From Candidatus Nomurabacteria bacterium (lineage in GTDB: Bacteria > Patescibacteriota > Minisyncoccia > Phycocordibacterales > UBA918): a DNA stretch of 64,000 nucleotides. The stretch is taken from positions 560,594 to 624,593 of the forward strand of contig CP060228.1 of NCBI GenBank assembly GCA_023898565.1. The letters are read 5' to 3'. Position numbers and translations under genes: made by a program. Numbering within the stretch: position 1 is the first letter of the stretch; the number at the start of each line of letters is the position of its first letter. A model generated the notes under the pieces. It was not told where the DNA came from. It did no database searches and worked only from the letters and a program-made list of their open reading frames with translations. Shown here one piece after another: positions 62,979 through 64,000 of the stretch.

Positions 62979-64000
62979 CTAGAGTGATTCTCCTAGGATA
63001 AAGAAAGCGTATAGTAGGTAGATATTTAGACAAATAATGGCCAGTCCGCACAGCCAGGCAATGTTGGTCGTGACTTTTTTGTTAGTAATTTCACCCAAGA
63101 CGTCTCGCTTTGATGAAAAGTAGATGATTGGTATCAGAGGTAGTGGAATGAGCAAGCTGAGTACAACCTGACTATATACCAGAAGGTTTAATGGATCCCA
63201 GCCAAGTAGAATCGCCACGGTGAGTGGAATAACATTGATGACTCGGGTGATGACTCGTCGTACGAAGAGGCTAAGCTTAAAGTCTGTGAGACTATCCATG
63301 ATTGCCTGACCTGCCAATGTTCCAGTAATCGATGAGGCAATGCCCGCAGAAAGAAGTGCTGCTCCGAAAACGGTGGATGCCATTGGGCCAAATAGTGGAG
63401 TAAGGGTTGCGTAAGCTCCTTCTAGCGTAGCTACTGGGGTGTCAAGGCCAAAGAAAGCTGCGGCTGCCATAATAAGCATGGCCGCGTTGATAATGCCAGC
63501 CAAGAACAGGAACAGTATGTTGTCAAAAAGGTGATACCGTGAAGCTTGTCTGATGCTTAAGTGCAGGAAGCGCTCCATCTTCTTTTTGATGAGCCATGAA
63601 TGTACAAACAAAGCATGTGGCATAACTGTAGCACCAATAATCCCCACTATTAGAATAATAGTCTCCTTATTCAGAATTGGTTGTACCGAGTGCTTTATGA
63701 TCTCAGTCATGTCTGGCGCGGCTACGATTACTTCATACAGGAAAGAGAAGCCAATCAGCCCAACAAAGAATACAAATGCTCGCTCGAATCGTCGCAGATT
63801 TTCTCCGAAAAAGAAAAAGAAGATTAGCACATCCGCAATCGCGATGAATGTGCCGTAAATCATTGGAATATCAAAAAGTAACTGTAGTGCAACTACAATG
63901 CCGAGGAATTCAGCTAGGTCTGTTGCCAAGATAGCTAGTTCTGCCAGTATCCAGTAGCTGATGATTTGCCATTTTTTCTGTAGCTTGTTTCGTACTAGGT
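62979..64000 (-). CDS. mntH: NRAMP-family divalent metal transporter (MntH), 5' end beyond window
   Basis: MATDLAEFLG matches E. coli MntH internal MATDLAEFIG; MPH motif (TVMPHALFVHS); reading frame open to the window edge. Confidence 0.8.
   Translation of the reverse strand, partial: LVRNKLQKKWQIISYWILAELAILATDLAEFLGIVVALQLLFDIPMIYGTFIAIADVLIFFFFFGENLRRFERAFVFFVGLIGFSFLYEVIVAAPDMTEIIKHSVQPILNKETIILIVGIIGATVMPHALFVHSWLIKKKMERFLHLSIRQASRYHLFDNILFLFLAGIINAAMLIMAAAAFFGLDTPVATLEGAYATLTPLFGPMASTVFGAALLSAGIASSITGTLAGQAIMDSLTDFKLSLFVRRVITRVINVIPLTVAILLGWDPLNLLVYSQVVLSLLIPLPLIPIIYFSSKRDVLGEITNKKVTTNIAWLCGLAIICLNIYLLYAFFILGESL

Noticed and set aside
1-64000. CRISPR array or alternative genetic code (UGA recoding)
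   Set aside because: No regularly spaced short repeats were seen; the tRNA-fragment repeats are irregular. RF2 is present and TGA terminates several well-supported genes, so there is no evidence for code 25.

Overview
This 64-kb window looks like a compact, gene-dense bacterial chromosome segment. RF2, FtsEX, an ECF sigma factor, a MurJ-ZnuABC/Zur-type gene set and a stripped-down RF2 and ValS suggest a small-genome, possibly CPR-like bacterium using the standard code. Housekeeping genes include prfB, ftsEX, pyrG, lepA, murJ, valS, tsaC, tsaD, glmS, msrA, mgtE, a metal P-type ATPase, a DEAD-box helicase and an RNase P RNA. Seven tRNA genes are present and many intrinsic terminators are sharply defined.

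The outstanding feature is a complete diversity-generating retroelement (DGR) at 22604-27324. It consists of a 741-aa secreted target protein (two LamG-like domains plus a C-terminal C-type-lectin-like FISUMP/DUF1566-like domain), an Avd four-helix-bundle gene, and a 176-bp template repeat (TR, 25422-25597). The TR differs from the variable region (VR, 24575-24750) at 17 positions, 16 of them TR adenines. A HicB/HicA toxin-antitoxin pair sits between TR and the reverse transcriptase, followed by a DGR-type RT carrying the SQ motif.

Other notable items:
- A tRNA-Thr(CGT) whose T-loop is split by a 54-nt insertion (canonical TTCGATC is restored if it is removed) and which has C33 in the anticodon loop.
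- Three further tRNAs (Gln, Phe, Val) flanked by partial copies of their own ends, as integration or excision scars would leave.
- A four-gene cluster of secreted repeat proteins (TGGN-TGDA-NTNI motif) containing a 531-bp near-identical direct repeat between two paralogues.
- An orphan radical SAM/SPASM maturase.
- A 28-codon micro-ORF with a strong SD and terminator in the leader region of the DEAD-box helicase.
- A 650-bp intergenic region with a promoter- and terminator-bounded candidate small RNA.
- An RNase P RNA with a 50-nt perfect palindrome at P12.
- Duplicated Zur boxes.
- TATACT -10 elements placed 3-15 nt before start codons, suggesting frequent leaderless translation.
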